From the human T2T-CHM13v2.0 reference genome, Homo sapiens: 64,000 nucleotides of DNA. The notes below the pieces were generated by a model. It saw only the letters and a list, made by a program, of their open reading frames with translations. It was not told the origin of the DNA and made no database searches. This document shows positions 60,818 to 64,000 of this stretch, piece after piece. The stretch lies in assembly GCF_009914755.1 (NCBI RefSeq), contig NC_060926.1; one strand, written 5' to 3'. A program made the position numbers and the translations under genes. How positions within the stretch are numbered: position 1 is the first letter of the stretch; every line of letters starts with the position of its first letter.

Positions 60818-61484
60818 CTCTCCATTAGATTGGGCTTTATGAAAAGATAGCACATGACTGTCTTTTTTCATATTTTTATATAGTTGCTGAATGAATGAAT
60901 AAAAAATGTATAAATGAACATTACTCCATATGTGGAAGCAATTTGTGACTTTACTTTTACTTACAATATGGTCTAAATAAAGCTGACTTCCTCAATCTAT
61001 TAGTGATTGAACAGCTTAAATCAAGTAGGAATATATTCACAATCTAAGAGAGTAATAGTCATTTTGAAGTTGACTATAATATTAATTCACAGTTTTCTCT
61101 GTCATTTTCCATTTCATCTACAAAGGGATTTTAAAAAGGAATGTCTTAAAAACAGAAAAATTCAATGTGATTATATTATGCCAACCCATATGTTCTTGAG
61201 CTAGGTTTCTGAAGTTGGTGCCTTCAAAGACTAGGTTTACACTCTTCCTGAGCTGTTTCCTTGTTAACAGGCAATCATTTTCCTGACTGAATTTTACATA
61301 ACAGCTCTTACATAAAAATTGGCTCCTTAAAACTTTTTATATTTGTTTTTAGTTTAAAAAATATAGAAAAGAAAATTGTATTTTAACTGCACACAGGCAT
61401 GCATTTAAAATAATTTCAAAGCATAATATAATTAAGGAATATATAAATTACATGAATATTGATCTCTGCATGTATTTTCAGTAT

Positions 61485-62050
61485 ACTTTTTATTAAAGTA
61501 TAATATTCACACACTAAAGCATACAAATAATAAGTTCACAGATCAATGCACTTTTGTCAAATAAAATTGCCAATATAACTGGCACCCAAACAAGAAATAA
61601 AACCACCTCCCGCTAACGCCTCCACAGGGCAATAACCACCTCCCAAGGTAACACCAATTTTGACTTCTATCTCCACAGACTTTATTCCCTAGAGATTTCA
61701 ATTTTATACAAGTTATATTATACATTATGGTACTTTTGAGTCTGGCTTTATTTGCAAGCATCCTCTTAGAAAAAGGCTTGTGAATCCATCCATGTTATTG
61801 TATGGGCAATAATTTGTATAGTATTCCACTGAGTAGCTGTACTTCCATTCTACTGTTGATGAATATTTGGGTTGTTTCCAGTGTTTATTTTTCCTTATTT
61901 GTAATAACTGCTACTATTAGAATTATTGTATATATATTCTGGTATAAGTATATTTCTGTATTGGATTTACCCTGTTACTAGAATTTCTGGGTCATAACGT
62001 ATGTATATGTTGATAGTAAATTCTGCCAATAGTTTTCCAAAGTGGTTTCA
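61485..62050 (-). mobile_element. L1ME-like 3' end fragment
   Basis: TTTTATTAAAGTATAATATTCAC...TGTTGATGAATATTTGGGTTGTTTCCAG. Confidence 0.7.
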
Positions 62051-62099
62051 GAAGCTTTCATTTCTGTCTTCTCTCTCTCTCTCTGTCTTCCTCTCTCTC

Positions 62100-62380
62100 A
62101 AGATACTCCACTTTGAAACCCAGCCACTATACTTTGAGAAAGTTAAGAAGTGACGATGTTAGTTGGTCTCACCTGACAGCGTGCATTGACTACTCAATAT
62201 GAGTGAGAAAACCCTCACATGAATCTCACTTCCAACCTTCATGCCACCCCAGTTCATGCCAAGCAGAGAAGTCCTCACCAAGACCTACTCCAATTAAAGA
62301 TTGGTAAGCAAAAATAAATACTGCCATTGTTTTGCTCTACTAAGTATTGAGGTGATTCGTTAGGCAAATGATAATCAGAA
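62100..62380 (+). mobile_element. MLT1-family LTR fragment
   Basis: TTTGAAACCCAGCCACTAT...AAGCAAAAATAAATACTGCCATTGTTTT. Confidence 0.55.
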
Positions 62381-62926
62381 AGAGGGAAATCTCATTGACT
62401 ATCCAGATAGCTTTTAGATGATGATAATGAAATTGTGAAAGATTTACAATATGTTTATCATTTGGAACGTATCCCCTTTATCAATCAATCATTTTTTTCC
62501 AGAAAATTGATGAGGACTATAAAATCTGTTTTTCATGTTATAAATTAAGAAGACATAATAAAAAGTGAGCATTTATATGTTTTACATTTTTTAATGTTTT
62601 GAAAGCAGAAATTAATTCTGCTACATATTCATACATAAAAATTAGCAATTGTGTTAGTGAAGCATTTTATTTCTAAATGTGTTCTCCCTTTTGTGAAGTA
62701 AGAAATCTTTGTATTTCTAAAACATACCTTAATTTCAAATTTGTATAACATGTGATTGGTTGAACAGTCTATAGTGTATCTCATAGAATAAAAAAAATGA
62801 ACTATTTTCAAAACAAATTATACAAATATATCTTTTATGAGGTTGTATTCTAAGAAGGCCTAAACTTTAGCTAAAAATGAACTCTGTCTCTCAAAGGCAG
62901 TAAATCAAAAAGAAAAAAAAATCTAG

Positions 62927-63165
<239 letters not shown>

Positions 63166-63169
63166 GTGA

Positions 63170-64000
63170 GGTGCAATTTAAACAATAAAGTGCACCCATT
63201 TTAAATGTCCAAATTGATGCATTTTGGCAAATGGGTATGTTTATGTAACCAATACCACAATTAAAACACAGAATGCTTCCATAACAATGACAACATTTCT
63301 TGTGATACTTTCTCATCATTTTCCCTCTATACACACCTGGACCCAGTAACCACTGAACTGCTTTCTGTCACTGTAGATTAGATTTGTCTTGCCTAGAATT
63401 ATAGATAATTAGAATGTATAGTATGGACTCTTGTGGGTTTGGTTTTTTTGCTCTCTATACACTTGTTCAGATTTATTCTTAACGTCTTCCAGATTCATAT
63501 ATTTAGGAGTATAATTGTTGAATCATACATTAAAGCCATATCAAACTTGAGAACAAACTCCCATAGTGGTTTCCCAAAGTGAATTTAACCTTTTGCATTC
63601 TGGCCAGGATCTTTTCCCCAACTATACATCTTGGCCAACACTTGGTACTGCCAGTCACTTTAGTTTACCTATTATAATATGATGTAGTTTGTAGTCTGTA
63701 GTCTTATCTCTTTGTAGTTTTAATTAACATTTGCTTGATGACTAATGTTGTTGAGCCTATTTTCATGTCCTTGTTGGTTAGCTGTATATTTTATAAAACA
63801 TCTATTCAGATTGGGTTGCCTTTTTATTATGAAATTGTAGAGTTTCATGGATTTGGATACTAGTAATTTATTGAGATACATATATAATTAATGATTTCAC
63901 ATATTATGTGACTTAAATTTTTATTTCCTTAATTTGTCTTCTTCATTGCAAAACGTTTTAGTATTGATGAACTACAATCTTTATATTTCTTCTCACACTG
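63170..64000 (-). mobile_element. L1ME/MD-like 3' end fragment
   Basis: ACTGCTTTCTGTCACTGTAGATTAG, CTTGGCCAACACTTGGTA, TGATGACTAATGTTGTTGAGC. Confidence 0.7.

Overview
This is AT-rich, repeat-dense simian primate DNA (AluJ, AluS and AluY all present, so catarrhine and probably human or ape). It is intergenic or deep intronic, and I found no intact protein-coding gene. The only gene-derived sequence is a disabled processed pseudogene of DNAJC17 (minus strand, ~14945-16028), inserted into an LTR41-like solo LTR. The rest is transposon-derived: a near full-length L1PB, a twin-primed L1PA with a probable short 3' transduction, a complete MST MaLR provirus with a perfect 5-bp TSD, several solo LTRs, ~16 Alus, MADE1, MER20, MER2, MIR, L2 and old L1M fragments. 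Almost all ORFs in the track are repeat-derived. I did not find a new gene system. The most unusual signal is a set of local templated insertions and fold-back palindromes: a ~350-bp and a ~140-bp copy of sequence lying 3.8 and 1.4 kb away, and four inverted duplications at AT-rich tracts. These look like DNA-break repair scars. Repeat subfamily names come from recalled consensus sequences, not a database search.
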